DNA of 64,000 bases from positions 41,044,001 through 41,108,000 of the forward strand of contig NC_079173.1 of assembly GCF_947568905.1 (NCBI RefSeq). Direction: 5' to 3'. Shown in pieces: positions 13,880 to 26,740 of this stretch. Within the stretch, counting starts at the first letter, position 1. The number at the start of each line of letters is the position of its first letter. The notes beneath the pieces are model-generated. The model saw only the letters and a program-made list of their open reading frames with translations, did no database searches and was not told the DNA's origin. Source of the DNA: Ostrea edulis. Lineage: Eukaryota. The translations under genes were made by a program, and so were the position numbers.

Positions 13880-14260
13880 TCAAGACTCGTTATTGCAGGG
13901 GTTTCAACGGTATGGTTTAAAGTCAGCATTTAGCAAATTCTATTAAATTATTATAATTAAATTATAACGATCTAGTTTGTTATTACAACCTATCATTGGG
14001 CGAAATGATGTCTGATGTGTTTCATAGCGAGTTTTAGGCTGTTCTTGGAACACTGATTTTGACTACGAATAACTTCGTTTACCCGATCAAGATATAAGAG
14101 TCACGGTGGATGTGACCGGTTGACAGGGGAATCATACTCATCCTAGGCCCCTGATCCACCTCTGGTGTTTCCAGAGGTTCGTGTTTGCTCAATTCTCTAT
14201 TTTGTATTGCTTATAGACGTTATGAGGTTGATCACTGTTCATTATTTCCACCGTTCATGC
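13880..14260 (+). mobile_element. PLE 3' fragment
   Basis: LLQGFQRYGLKSAFSKFY..YNDLVC.YNLSLGEMMSDVFH plus tail. Confidence 0.85.
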
Positions 14261-15371
14261 TGCAAAGAAAAGCATTCATAGTACATACCATTGATTATAT
14301 TTGAACTCTTTTTCTCATAGTCCTAGACAGGGGGGTTGTAGTAAGCTCTAAAGACAGTAAGGATTGTCCAAACTTCAACCCTGATCTCGAAAGTTTAGGA
14401 CAATCGATTAAAGTGGTTTTCAGGTTTTTTTTAAAAGTTTCAATGTTCTGTACTGTGTTTCAAAAACTATCCTGTAATATTTCTTGAAATGATGATTAAG
14501 TTATGTGAATGATGATTTAAACATGCCTGTAGAAAAATAAATTTTAGACACCTTTTTCCAATATGCGTTCTGCAAGGTTTTTAACATTGAGGTTGTCATT
14601 AGGCTCTCAAATTGTCCGCTATCCAATCTACTTTTTATATCAAATTCTTCAAGGACTTTAGAGAAAAACACATCAAACCGTTTTAAAGATCCGTAGGTTT
14701 TCGAAATTACAATTCCCCCGATATGGTTAGCTATGAAGTCAAAATTCTAATTGTCATAAAAACTTATTTTTATTGCTTATATAAAGACAATGCCTTAAAA
14801 CATATTTATGCACCGTATTAACACTGCATGTTTTAAAGTTCTAGAAGCGACTGTACTCTGTGAAAGGCTGTTAAACATAATTTCTTTGTGAATTTGGTAA
14901 ATATACATCCTCGAAAAAATAATAAGTTTGATAGAAAGATCAGTAACGATATTGAAAATCCAATGCTCTACTCAATACAACCTTCCAAATATATTTCAAA
15001 GAGTCCTAATGATACTTGGTTTTTTAAAGTTGCTTAAACACTAGCGTTTGTTGACCAAGATCTGGTAATACTGTGATATTTGCTTTTAAATGGGGTGATT
15101 TTGGTGGTGAAGTGTCAAACTGGTACCAACTATTTACACATCGAATGGTTATAGTTATTGAATTGTATTGAATCTGAACACTAGATAAACATGCTTGCTG
15201 TATACCGTATATGTCATCAGAGAGAGTTCACTGCCCAGTTGATTTATTTTTGATGTGTTCCGCCACACTCAGCAATTTTTCAGTTGCCCAAGTATACCTG
15301 TAGAAATGTAGATAATGTGTAAAATCACCAACTTCGTGTTTTAGGGAATGCGACAGCTCAAACCTACACAG

Positions 15372-15608
15372 TAGATGTGACGCCTCTAAACTCAATACCC
15401 AAAGCAGGAAATAATTATACATATCTTTGTAACATTTCGGGCAATGGAACACTAGACATCATCACAAATTTAAAGGTGAAGTGGTACCACAATTCAAAGC
15501 TGCTGACCAGTCAGTGTACCTTGGAGGATGTATCAATGGCGGAGAAGTATTCGTGTGAGGTACTCCCCCATCAACAGAACAGCATCAGCTTAGAGATGAC
15601 AGTAATAG
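15372..15608 (+). CDS. Ig-like domain exon (YTYLCNISG...VKWYHNSKLL...YSCEV)
   Basis: Cys-Trp-Cys Ig pattern; acacag acceptor, gtaagt donor, 237 nt, phase 1-1, open. Confidence 0.85.
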
Positions 15609-15910
15609 GTAAGTTACGGAAATGATTATGACATCACATATTTACATAAAGTTAATACTACTATCTTATACTTTTACTTTACTTAAAAAGAAGGTAATTC
15701 TGGAAACAACGTAAGCAACCTGCTTTCCCCATTTCAAATGTTGAAACCTTTAACCTATGAAGTGGAATAATAATTCTGTAATAGATTGACTATTATATAC
15801 TCTTTACTTAAAAGTCAGAAAATTGGTTGGTTTTCCATGCTAATAACCATGCTAATAATGGTGTGTCAATGTCATAAGAAATATATCAGCATTTTTTGCA
15901 TTTCATTTAG

Positions 15911-16027
15911 ATGTGCAAAAAGATGATGTTGGGAGTTTAACCTGTGAATTGACTCAGCAGGTGAAGGAGAACGGAATATGGAAAGATGAATTGTTAGAGA
16001 ATGAGTCAGTGGTAATCGATATAAGAG
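15911..16027 (+). CDS. Ig C-terminal half exon (DVQKDDVGSLTCELTQQ...VVIDIR)
   Basis: atttag acceptor, gtatat donor, 117 nt phase 1-1, DxGxxxC-like motif. Confidence 0.75.
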
Positions 16028-16099
16028 GTATATGTAGAGGAAGAAGATTATGTTTAAAAGTATCTGTATATATAAATATTATCCTGATTTTAATTAATA

Positions 16100-16545
16100 T
16101 AACATGAATATAACGAACAGTGATCAATCTCAACACCCCAATTAAGGAATGCAAGGTAACGAGTTGAAGAAACGCAAACCAGGACATACGGTATTACCAG
16201 AGGTAGGATCAGGTGTCTTGGAGGCGTTATAAATCCTTGTCGACCGGCTACACCCTCCGTTGGCCCTATATCTTAATCAAGTAAACATACTATTCCGTAG
16301 GCAAAATCAATGTGCCAAAAATGTCATAAAACTATATAAAGCACGTTACACAGCATTTGATCCAATGATAGATTGATGAAATATCAATGGATGTTAAAAC
16401 TTTAAAATTAATAAGAGGGGATGCTTGCTCTCCCTACGCACCTCACTCAACCTATGGTGTGCCCAGGTGTTCGTATTTGCCCTGCTCTTAATTATAAACC
16501 ATTTATTGTATTTATGAGATTGGCTATTGTTCGTTGTCTTCAATT
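16100..16545. mobile_element. Inverted pair of PLE tails
   Basis: 16100-16390 is a minus-strand tail and 16410-16545 a plus-strand tail. Confidence 0.7.
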
Positions 16546-17019
16546 TTCATCAATACAAACGAAGCAAGTCAACAGTTGATCTGGCAAGTATCCATCATGT
16601 ATCTAGAGTTTTTGTCATTGTGTAAGACATTAGGGCTGGTTTATCAAATAACAATTTGCCGTATGTCACAGACAATTGGTGCATACATTCATCAGCAACA
16701 AATGCGATACTATCTCTTTACACGGTGTTATTGAAAGCATTGAATTGAAATACCTTTTTGCAAGAAGAACTCCAATCGACCAGGTAAACCCATGCATAGA
16801 GATTTGATTTGTGTCAAATTTCTAAATTCCCCATGCCATCTGAAGTAAGTATGTTACTTTATTTATTTTGTCTTTGGTAAATATGAATTGACCGAAACAT
16901 GCATGTATGCGAACCTTTTTAGTGTTAAAGATTGTTTCACAGATACCATAATTTGGGATTTATGTTGACACGATTTTGAATTTGACTTTGCACGTGGTGT
17001 AACTTATTTGGAATTACAG

Positions 17020-17141
17020 ACCAGAGGATACACCTTTGACGATATATAATCAGACGGATATTGTTCGGTGTGTCGTTCATTAAGGTGTTATCACTAGAGT
17101 GATCAAATGACGTGAAAACAATCATATTTTATGTCCACGAA
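17020..17141 (+). pseudogene. Ig N-terminal half exon with two nonsense codons (PEDTPLTIYNQTDIVRCVVH*GVITRVIK*RENNHIL)
   Basis: ttacag acceptor; Ig Cys present; TGA at 17108 sits at the position of the conserved Ig Trp and TAA at 17081 is in the same frame. Confidence 0.6.
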
Positions 17142-17460
17142 GTAGTTAATCATTCTCAGCTGGTAATTCGAGTCAACTGATCTTTGCTTAACGCTGATGA
17201 ATTGCAAAGTTATGTTTTGAGAAGGGAAACAAACCATTTACATTTGGGCATACCATTTACATCACTGATTGCTTAATAGGCAATATGTCCCAATCCCATA
17301 AGAAAAATACGATATCCTTGTAGATTTCAAATATATATCCATACTGTAACATACTTCAGTGAATAGCAAAGTCCATGCCTGTAATTTTAATTCGCGTTTT
17401 TAAAGATATCAAAATAACGCATTGTATAAACATAAAAAGTGATAAATGAAAACCACTCAG

Positions 17461-17580
17461 GTGTCATGCTCAAAGAAATCCACGGAAGATTCATCAATGG
17501 ACTGTTACCTATGCAACGTAAGAGACATGTATTCCTGTCTTCAACACTAGTGGGCATTTATATCGATATATTCAACATTA
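17461..17580 (+). pseudogene. 120-nt probable exon of the same gene, domain uncertain
   Basis: actcag acceptor and gtaagt donor; one frame is open, another gives C..W..T..C with a stop. Confidence 0.35.
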
Positions 17581-18004
17581 GTAAGTATTTATTTTCCAAT
17601 TGTCAACACTTGTGAGTATAGATTTTTGTTTTCCCATAGAATAAACTAATATAGGACAAAACAATCAGAAGGTGCGTCGCTATGTACAAGTTATATATAT
17701 TTACCCGGAATGTACAAATTATACGTTTATTTGATATCTACAAGATTTATGATTTATTAGTGTCTACAAGGTATAAATGTGCTCCGTAAGTATGATGCAT
17801 ACATCTGCTTAGTATTTACATGTTCTATATTTACTTGGTATGTACACGTTACACGTTTATTCGGTATACGCGTATTTTGTGCGTCCGGAGAGAACGGGAT
17901 GATAATACTTATAATAACGACAAACATCACAAGCATGGAAGATTGTAAGTATTCAATGTTTCAATCAATCTTTCTATCATCTTATTTGGATATTTCAGGA
18001 GATC

Positions 18005-18450
18005 AGAAAAGTGGACGTGTTTCTCTGTTGCTTCGACAAGGACATGGTCTGCATGTAGTCAGGATGTTTGGAGAGCACGGTCAGATGCTGACAGCTGCTT
18101 TGTGTTACCAGGAATTCAGCCATTTCCTTTGAGGTCGGCATTTCGCAAGTTATATGGCCGATATTGTGATCTGGATTGCAGGTGCAATGCCTCATTGGAT
18201 TGAATGATGTCTTAACATTTTCATGCAAACTGTTAGGCCGTTTTTAACAAAAATGGTTTTGATACAGATTATCCCGCTTACATGATGGAAACAGAGGGTT
18301 TACGGCGGGTGTGGCCGATCAACAACGAATGTTGCCTCCTCCTAGACAGCTGAATCCCCGCCAGTGTTTATGATGGTTGCTGTTTGTCCTATTCTCAATG
18401 CGGTGTTCTTAATATGATTTTGAGATGTATCACGCCTTATTATCTTCAGT
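18005..18450 (+). mobile_element. Diverged PLE 3' fragment
   Basis: LRSAFRKLYGRYCDL..SLD*MMS*HFHANC plus tail. Confidence 0.7.
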
Positions 18451-20302
18451 ATTCCTAGAGGAACGGATAAATGTGAGTAACAGACAGCTATACAGTTATT
18501 GACTTATCATTCGATTGCAACATTATCCATTCTTGATGAACAACCTGCTTGATATTTTGAAAGCTGGTTGTTGATGAAACAGTGAGAATAATGAAACATA
18601 ATTAATATCATAATTACTGATGATTCAATTTCTCTAAGATTTAATGTCTATTCATTTTATCACTTATGATTTGATAAACCTAGAAAGCTAGATGACACGC
18701 ACTTTCGTGTTGCTATGTCTAATACAGGGTTTCGATATCCCTCGTACACTTCTTATCCATACTGACAAGATGTCACGTTCTTCATTTTCATATATAGCCC
18801 ATCGTCTGGCATAATATTCAATGCAATTTATAATACGCATGATATTCTGTCTGAAAATGAAAGATGTTTTGTTTTAAATATGTTACAAAATACAGTACAT
18901 TTAACCCTAAGGCGTATACACGTGACGATCTATCATTGCTGCCATGGATGCATTATTTCCAATTCGGCCCATTACAGTCCAAAGTCAGTAGTCAAAACTT
19001 ATCTGAAATGAATCTATTTCCTTTAACCACAATCAATGAATTTGTTGTCAAACTCCAAATCGTACTATCTCCATAAGAATATGATTTAACAGTGATTAGG
19101 TTAGTATTTGTTTTCTTTCAATCCATGCAGATGATCCCCTGGACACTAAAAACACTGCATCTTAATTCCAGTCTACGTTGTCCAGTGTGGACCAGGACTT
19201 AGATTTTTTTCCACACACTGATTTCAAATGATTTCATCGCATGTGTGTTATATCCTTTGTATCGTAAAATTGCATACATATCTTCGTTAAACTGGCTCAA
19301 AAATGATTCAGCTCCTGAAAATGTTCCTAATTTATAGGGATCAGAAGTAACAGCGAAGAGTAGCGATTTCAACCACAGCCTTCAATGATGTTGTAGTCAA
19401 TACACAGTCCCTGTGTTTACAGTTTACCTATCATTGAGAAATGCAAGTGGTTGTAAGAAAATGTCCATCTTTGTTAGTTCAAACATAGTAAACGTGTGAA
19501 AGTGATCGGGAAAACTCCCACTAGTAGTTTTTATTATATATTTAAATTCCATTTTACTAAAGCTTAATGTTAGTCCATGGATTTTAGTACTGGGTGAATA
19601 TATTTATTTGCAAATTGTCGGTGTTTTTGAAGTAGGTCGGTATCTTGGTATATTTCCATTCCTTGCAACCAATGAACTTTTTCCTCTCGAGGCCTCGGCT
19701 TCATTACTTTTATGAAATGGATAGGTAGTCGGACATTACCCTATATATTGAAACACTGGCATATGTTCTTTCTGTCCACTTTTTCAAAATTTAAGAAAGT
19801 GTTTCGTTTCAGATTTTTAATTTTATCTTATTTTGTAATAACGTTAAGAATAATAAAAAGTACATCATTAACATTTTTTATTAATATAGAACTCTGTTGA
19901 TAGTTCTTACATATGATAATAATTGCTATTACAATCAGTTGATGGGTTATCAAACATATTTTGATATTGCTTTACTTTCTGGTGCAACCTGTTTGAAACG
20001 ACGTGTGGAGAAATAATTATCGACAGCTAAGGTATGCTGATTACGTCGTTCCCGATTAGATGCTGAGTAGTATGCACAAATGATAAGTATGTGGTATATC
20101 TGATACCACTGAAAGGAAGGGGTTGCATATTCTAATATTTTCTCTGCAACTATCGAGATATTGCGGATTTCGATTTCAGATTAAATTTCGATATGTGAGA
20201 GTTAAAAGAATATATATATTTGTTGAGTCTACTTTTTCACAGCTGAATTTTGTCAAATTTTACGAGAGAAAATCTCAGACAAAATATTTATAATTAGATT
20301 AA

Positions 20303-20556
20303 TTGATTGATTTAATGCCCCTCTCCACGTTTGTCAATCATATGGAGACGTCAGAATTACCTATGAAGGCTGCAAAATTGAGACCTATGATCAGTGCTTA
20401 CAGCTTTTGAACAGGGAGGAATATTTATTACGCCATACCTGCTATGACATGGGGTCTCGGTTCTTGCGTTCTCATCATAAGGACCTCCCCATTTAGTCTC
20501 CTCTTATAACAAACAAGGAGTACTGACGGAACTATTCTAACAAGGATCCCCTCGGG
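20303..20556 (-). mobile_element. SINE-like element (Meta/Deu-domain-like), copy 1
   Basis: Colinear with copies at 24955, 29663, 31948 and 35217; (aatc)n-type tail. The family name is inferred from recalled domain consensus. Confidence 0.7.
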
Positions 20557-20912
20557 AACATTCCTAATCAAAAATACAATGACACTCGTTATAGTCACCG
20601 TTTTCTTATTTTACAAAATTATGATCTAATCGTTGTATATATATTTTCACCAAAACTTTCATTCATCATTTGGAATTCACAAGGATTCCTTTCATCTGTG
20701 AAATATATGAACACCTCAATCATCCTACTGAATATATCTGTAACATAAAGAGCAGTGTTAAATCTATACCATTTTTGCTGGCAGAACAAAATAATCTTGA
20801 TTATGTTCTGAAATCAAACACAAAGCTTCCAATGCAGTGGAATAATGAAAATATAATGGAATGAAGTATAATGCTATGTATGTTTCTTCAAATAGTTAAT
20901 TCTTTGTTACAG

Positions 20913-21170
20913 ATGGGAATTATATCACCAGTAAGAGAAGGAACAATATGGCCACTTGATGCTTCCCATTCTGTTTAATGGACAACCCACTACTGACACC
21001 CCACTTCAATTGGCCATACTGTGAATTACCATCCGCTTCGACCGGAGAAAGAGTCAACCTTCGATGAACTGGGGATTCACTCTACGGAAATACATTACTC
21101 CCATCTGTTAAACTCTTGCAATTGCAGGGAACATCCACATAGGGTTTTCCAGCCTTCGTGACTACGGAAG
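20913..21170 (+). pseudogene. Degenerate hormone-receptor (HormR)-like exon
   Basis: ttacag acceptor, gtattg donor; fragments Y*HPTSIGHTVN and LPSASTGERVNLR*TGDS resemble WxxTxxGxxxxxPC...RxC after restoring stops and frameshifts. Confidence 0.45.
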
Positions 21171-21289
21171 GTATTGTGTCTGTTTATATGATGCTTACAT
21201 TGCAATTCAAATTCTCATTTTACGTATTGCTTGTTGATATTTCTTACCGTATAGCCACTTTGTAACAAGATCGTAGAGGCTTTAAATGC

Positions 21290-22150
21290 TGAAAAAGCTC
21301 AAAATCGCATATGGTGTTTATATCTCTCAACTGATTCGATACTCAAGAGCTTGTTCTGTGTCAATCTCTACCCAGAGTTATCGTTCCCGCTACGCTCCAC
21401 TAATACCTCTGTCAACGTCTAAAAAATTACATCAAAATGTACAAAAACTAACTTAGCATATCGAACTGTAATGATAATATCTGAGCAAATCAAACACTTC
21501 TCTGATTTATTTATTTTTTAAATCAGAAGATGGTAAATGTGAGACACCTGAGCGAATTAGAAGGTTTATATAATTATTCATTCATTCAATAATACTAGTA
21601 TAATGATGAGATTCGTTGTTTTTTTTGTTAACCTACTTTAAGATTTAAAGCATAAAACTTAAACTTATAAAATTATTATCCATGATGCTATAGGTATAGG
21701 TAAGTTTTGTCAAGAATGTTGTCATTTAGACGTTAACAGAGATGTTCTATCGCATCGTAATACGCCCTCTGGTGAGAGATTGGTTCTGTGTGTTGTAACA
21801 TTTCAAATCGAGGCAGACTAGTGACAAAAAAGTTGTTGGTGCAGGGGTTTGAACAATATTTTTTAAAGACAGTATTTTACAAACTATATGTCCGTTATAA
21901 CGATATAGTTTGCCAATACAACATACCATTATGTCAAATGCTGTATGACGTGTTCCATACTGATTGTTATGTCGTTTTTGGCTAACTAAATTTGACTACG
22001 GATTACTCCTTTTAACTGATAAAGATATAGGACTCTTTGCGGGTTGTTTACTCTTCCTAGATACCTGATACCACCTCTGGTGTATTAATGGTTCCATGTT
22101 TGTTCAACTCTTTATTTTATATTGATTATAGGAGTTATGAAAATGATCAC
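21290..22150 (+). mobile_element. PLE 3' fragment in two pieces
   Basis: AYGVYISQLIRYSRACS at about 21307; RGRLVTKKLLVQGF..LYVRYNDIVCQYNIPLCQMLYDVFHTDC at 21800-21970, then tail. Confidence 0.85.
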
Positions 22151-24954
22151 TATCCCTTACCTTCACCTTATATGTTAATACATTATCAGATGTAGATACC
22201 ATATTCTATCTGCCAACTTACATTGAAACGCATTGTACAAATAATAAGTAAGTCAGTGACCCACATCATAAATACTAATAAGACATATGGTAGTTTGCCT
22301 GGTAACTTTAAATTTGCAAAAGTTACTGCAGCCTTTAAATGAGGGATATATTAAGTCCCAATAGCAAAAGACCCGTTTCTATTTTACAAGCATTATCAAA
22401 GTTTTAGAAATGACATGCAACAACAAACATACGCTCTTTTTACAGACATGACATATTACAAAAAAGTATGTTTTTTTTCCTACTTTAGTAAAAACTTTTG
22501 ATCTTGTAAATCGTGAAAAGCGTCATTAACTACATTTGACAATGTTCATCTTACCATTTTTCAATAGTTTCTATAATACTTGTATTAAAGACGTCGATTT
22601 GATGCTGTTTTAGCGGGAGGGGGATAGAAAATTATTTTAATTTTGTAGGTTTTTGGGATCGTTTGTCTAGGTGACAGGTAGAAAAATATCATTAAATGTG
22701 AAAAGTATAATCCTACTTCCTGTCTTGATCGTGTTTATTCCTTTTTTTTTATTTCTAAGAATTCTTTTGTGGCAACATACCATCTATCACACACCGTTTT
22801 ACGATCCGCGTTTTAGCAACACGCATTTTAATGTTCGTTTAACCCTAATAGGAAACCCTTCTAGAAAAAAAATGTGAATGCATCTGACTATCTGTCTAGA
22901 CATACAAGTCCATCTACAATAGTAAAACCACGGTGTTGGTGGTCGTGAGAGTTTCCCAGATTGAACAAAATATTAATTCTCGCCGCATACCTATGTTTTC
23001 TTCTCGTTTGTTGATGCGATTAATATTTCTTTTTACAATATTTAAGCCACGGTGTTGGCAGTTATGAAAGCTTCTGATATTAAACAGAACTTTAATTTCT
23101 CTCGCACACTTATCTTTTTTATTATTATTATGTAATTTATATAATTTTAAATGTTATAAGTACATGTATCTGTTGGTTGACTCTTAATTTCTAAGCGTTA
23201 ATGGAAACTCATCAATACTTCGGTTTTTGATAGGAATCAGAAGTATCGAAATCACGTAGGAATTTCAATCAAACCTTGAATGATGTGGTTTTCGCACGAC
23301 CTACTTTCTGTATGGTGAATTGAAAATACTCCACGTGTAAAATGGTACACGATGACAAAGATACCCAAGGGTATTTATTCAGGAATTCATATGTTAACTA
23401 ATTGTGGACAAATTGGTAATTTTTGATATAAATTACCAGACTACTAACAATTTTCATATGAATGGAGACCATTAGTAAACATGCATCGAGGAAACTCTGA
23501 TCAGGTAAAATACCAAACCCATTTACTGAGTATCTGCATGGAAATATACATTTATGATTTTAGATATTGTAGTACAATTAATTATTTCATTTTTATTGAT
23601 TGCATCAATGAGTATGTTTACGATCAATACATCACATGTTTTAATGCGTTACAGGAGATATATCAGTCATAACCAGATCCACAATGGTTGAAATCCGCAG
23701 AAATCAACTCTAAGTTGTTGAAGGACTTATTGAACCACGTTATCTAGCAGTCCATGTCTGAAAGTTACGCCGTTCCGGAATGCACATCGAGGACGATATG
23801 CCGAGGTTGTATTCGGAGTGTCAGTATGTGACGATACACGGTACACTGTCCGTCATTGAGAAGATAAAGATAGCACACGTGTTTTAATATGGTATGGTAA
23901 TCTGGCGAGAAACTGACGTTCTGTTTGAATATAAATTATATTTAGACATGGCGGATTTGAGATAAATGGTTTAAACTTTCATTTGTTAACTTTCAACAAC
24001 GTTTCATTATCTAGTTTTAAATTTTGAATGTTTATTTGTGATTTCCTAAAATACATTGACTATATCCAATATTTAGAAAAGAAACTTGGAGTAGTAGGCT
24101 AATACGAAACTCCAACAACTGCGTGCACTTAACAACTTTTAATCACCATGGAGATATGGCTGAAATATCTTTAACGCGACGTAAAACACCATGATGGCAG
24201 TGGACTGATTTCGAAAAGAGACAATCTAAATAAATCTGTTACATGAAAAATGCCCTCAAACGTTCTTGAACTTATATATTTTCAAACTTATCTTCACGGT
24301 GATAATCACATACGGGAAGCATTAAACTGTTATCATATACAGGAGCATTGTGTAGTTTCACATGTTTCATTTTTGAATCTTTGAAAGTGGATGGCTACAT
24401 GTTTGTCATAATAAGCATTTGTTGTATGGACACAGCGCATTTTATTTATTTTCTATTGGGTTGTTAGATGACGCATTTGAAAGACATGTTTATTTTTTTT
24501 TACCATTTCTTTATATAGGCATTATTTATGTTCCTGGTTAGCTATGTTATCTTGTTGTATGGATGCAATGTCACAGTAAATGTTTCTTTTTTCTTTTTTT
24601 TTTTTTAGAATTAAACATAAGTCTTTTTAAACTCTGATACAAATTAGGATGGAATTCATGATAGGTGGGATCAGGAGCTTAGGAGGAATGTGAGTTATAT
24701 ACTTTGACCAGGAAAACTAAGTAACCTGTAGTTAAAATCACTATGTAAAGAATTACCTAATAATTGATAAGCAGCACGTCAGATTCTGCAATTGCGGAAA
24801 TATTATCGTACATTTAAACTTTATACATCCCAGGATGTAACAGAAAACCACGCATTACCCAATTTCAGATTGGCTAAGATACCTACATGTTGCTTAATCA
24901 GTTTAATAAACCTCAAGAGAAAAGCATGTATCATCAGACTAAATTATTTCAATT

Positions 24955-25200
24955 ATTGATTGAATATTGTTTAACGTCCCTCTCGAGAATAATTCACTTA
25001 TATAAAGACGTCACCACTGCCAGTGAAGGGCTGCAAAATGTAGGCCTATGTTCGGCGCTTATGACGTTTGAGCAGTGAGGGGTCTTTATCGTGTAACTCC
25101 TGTTGTGACACGGAACCTCGGTTGTTGCGGTCTCATACGAAAGACCCCCCCCCCCCATTTAGTCGCCTTCTACGACAGGCAACTTCAATGAAGGTCCTAC
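24955..25200 (-). mobile_element. SINE-like element (Meta/Deu-like), copy 2
   Basis: Clear similarity to the other copies. Confidence 0.75.
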
Positions 25201-26499
25201 CCAAATAATCTATGATAAATTAAGACCACTATGCACCGTATACGATATGTTTGTGCATGTGAAAGTTATATTATGCATACAACGCTGTATTGCATTATGC
25301 AAGCGTATCCTGACAATACAACTAGCTACAATCACAAAGTTTTACAGACCGTGAAAATATAATTTGCTGTCAATTTTCACTATATCCATATTTGAAATAA
25401 TTTTCCAAACGAAAAACAGAAAAATGAAGAGAATAAAACAATATCTATCAAATATACATAGACACAAACAAAACAAAATATATTCGATTCAACTACAATT
25501 CAGGATGATCAGCGTTCGTTTTCACCTTTCATATGTTACGAGATTGATCACTATTCGTTCTCTCCACCTTGCTTTCAAACGTTCGAAAGTTTCAAAAACA
25601 GTTTTCCCCAATGACTTTGTACCTCAAATTGCTTGATTCGACTCTGATTTAGTGTTTTGTCAATGTGATACGATATATTTGGTTAATCGGTTTTCATAGC
25701 GGTCTATTATTTATCTGTGAATCCATCATTAGTCGGAGCTTACTTGCACATTTGATGCATATACATGCACATTATCCAAATAGTGGGGACGTGAACAAAT
25801 CACCTAAACTCTTACAGCGTTTATATGACACAATGGGTAATTAGGGATAATTACTTTGTACTGCTAATTCTCTATAAGGAGATACCACTATTTTGATGAT
25901 ATCTGTTATTTTTCGAAGTGAAGGCTTGTATTCGATTACAAAAAAAAAAAAAAAAAACCAACAAAAAACAATGGAAAATGTGTGTTTTCATATCAGTTCG
26001 CACTGTTTGCACTGTGTCCCTGCTTTGACATTTTGTCCATGTTAATTTCATTTTAGGACAACCTGTTTTTGAGATCAGTTTAATTTGAAACAATTTCGTT
26101 ACGTGCAGTATTTTATTTTTTTCTTAAATATCAAATGGTATCGCTTTAAATGAATCCTTTAAAAATAATAGGATTGTGAGCACCGTTATGATCCAAAGAT
26201 TGAACAATATTTATGAGTTTAATGCATGCTTTGATCATTATTATTGAATTCTTTTCCTCTGTATGCAATCTTATCTAAGATGTGCACACTTTACTTTGAA
26301 ATTGCGTGTGTGAATTTCAGTAATGGATGATGAACATTGGCTTTAGCGAAAAGATCATTGATCACAGTGCTATGAATGATAATACACTCATCCTCACTTT
26401 TTTGTTTAGAATTTTGTTGATGATGCATGCAGAGGGAAAACACTGAAAGCGCACAATACACCCAACGGATAGTTTTAATTCAAAAGTATCGTTTTGTAG

Positions 26500-26740
26500 A
26501 ATTAATGACAGGATAACATAAGGAACAACATCAAGCTCATATCTCCAATATGGTATACAGAATACAGAGTTGGACAGACACGGAAACCTGGGTATATTAG
26601 AGGTTGGATCAGGTGCCTAGGAAATGTAAATATTACGTGTCGACCGCTTACACCCGCTGTGAGTCTTGTATGTTTTGATCAGGCAAATGTAGTAATCCGT
26701 AGTCAGAATCAATGTGTTAAGAAGAGCCTAACAATAATAG
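26500..26740 (-). mobile_element. PLE tail
   Basis: gaggttggatcaggtgcctagg...gtcgaccgcttacacccgctgtgag matches the reverse complement of the tail. Confidence 0.75.

Larger units (their letters stand above)
1646..21170 (+). pseudogene. Multi-exon LRR - LRR-CT - Ig - HormR-like receptor ectodomain gene (adhesion-GPCR-like), partly or wholly pseudogenised
   Basis: Ordered series of exons with recognisable domains and compatible splice phases (see individual exon features). Several exons carry stops, frameshifts or lost splice sites. No GPS or 7TM exons were recognised in the window, so the aGPCR assignment is inferred from domain order only. Confidence 0.6.

Noticed and set aside
17996-18132. 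Apparent exon (tttcag|GAGATCAG...) of the receptor gene, initially suspected to be SRCR-like
   Set aside because: The translation aligns with the PLE thumb region (xSxLxR..GxxLT..L..Q.F) and runs straight into PLE sequence.
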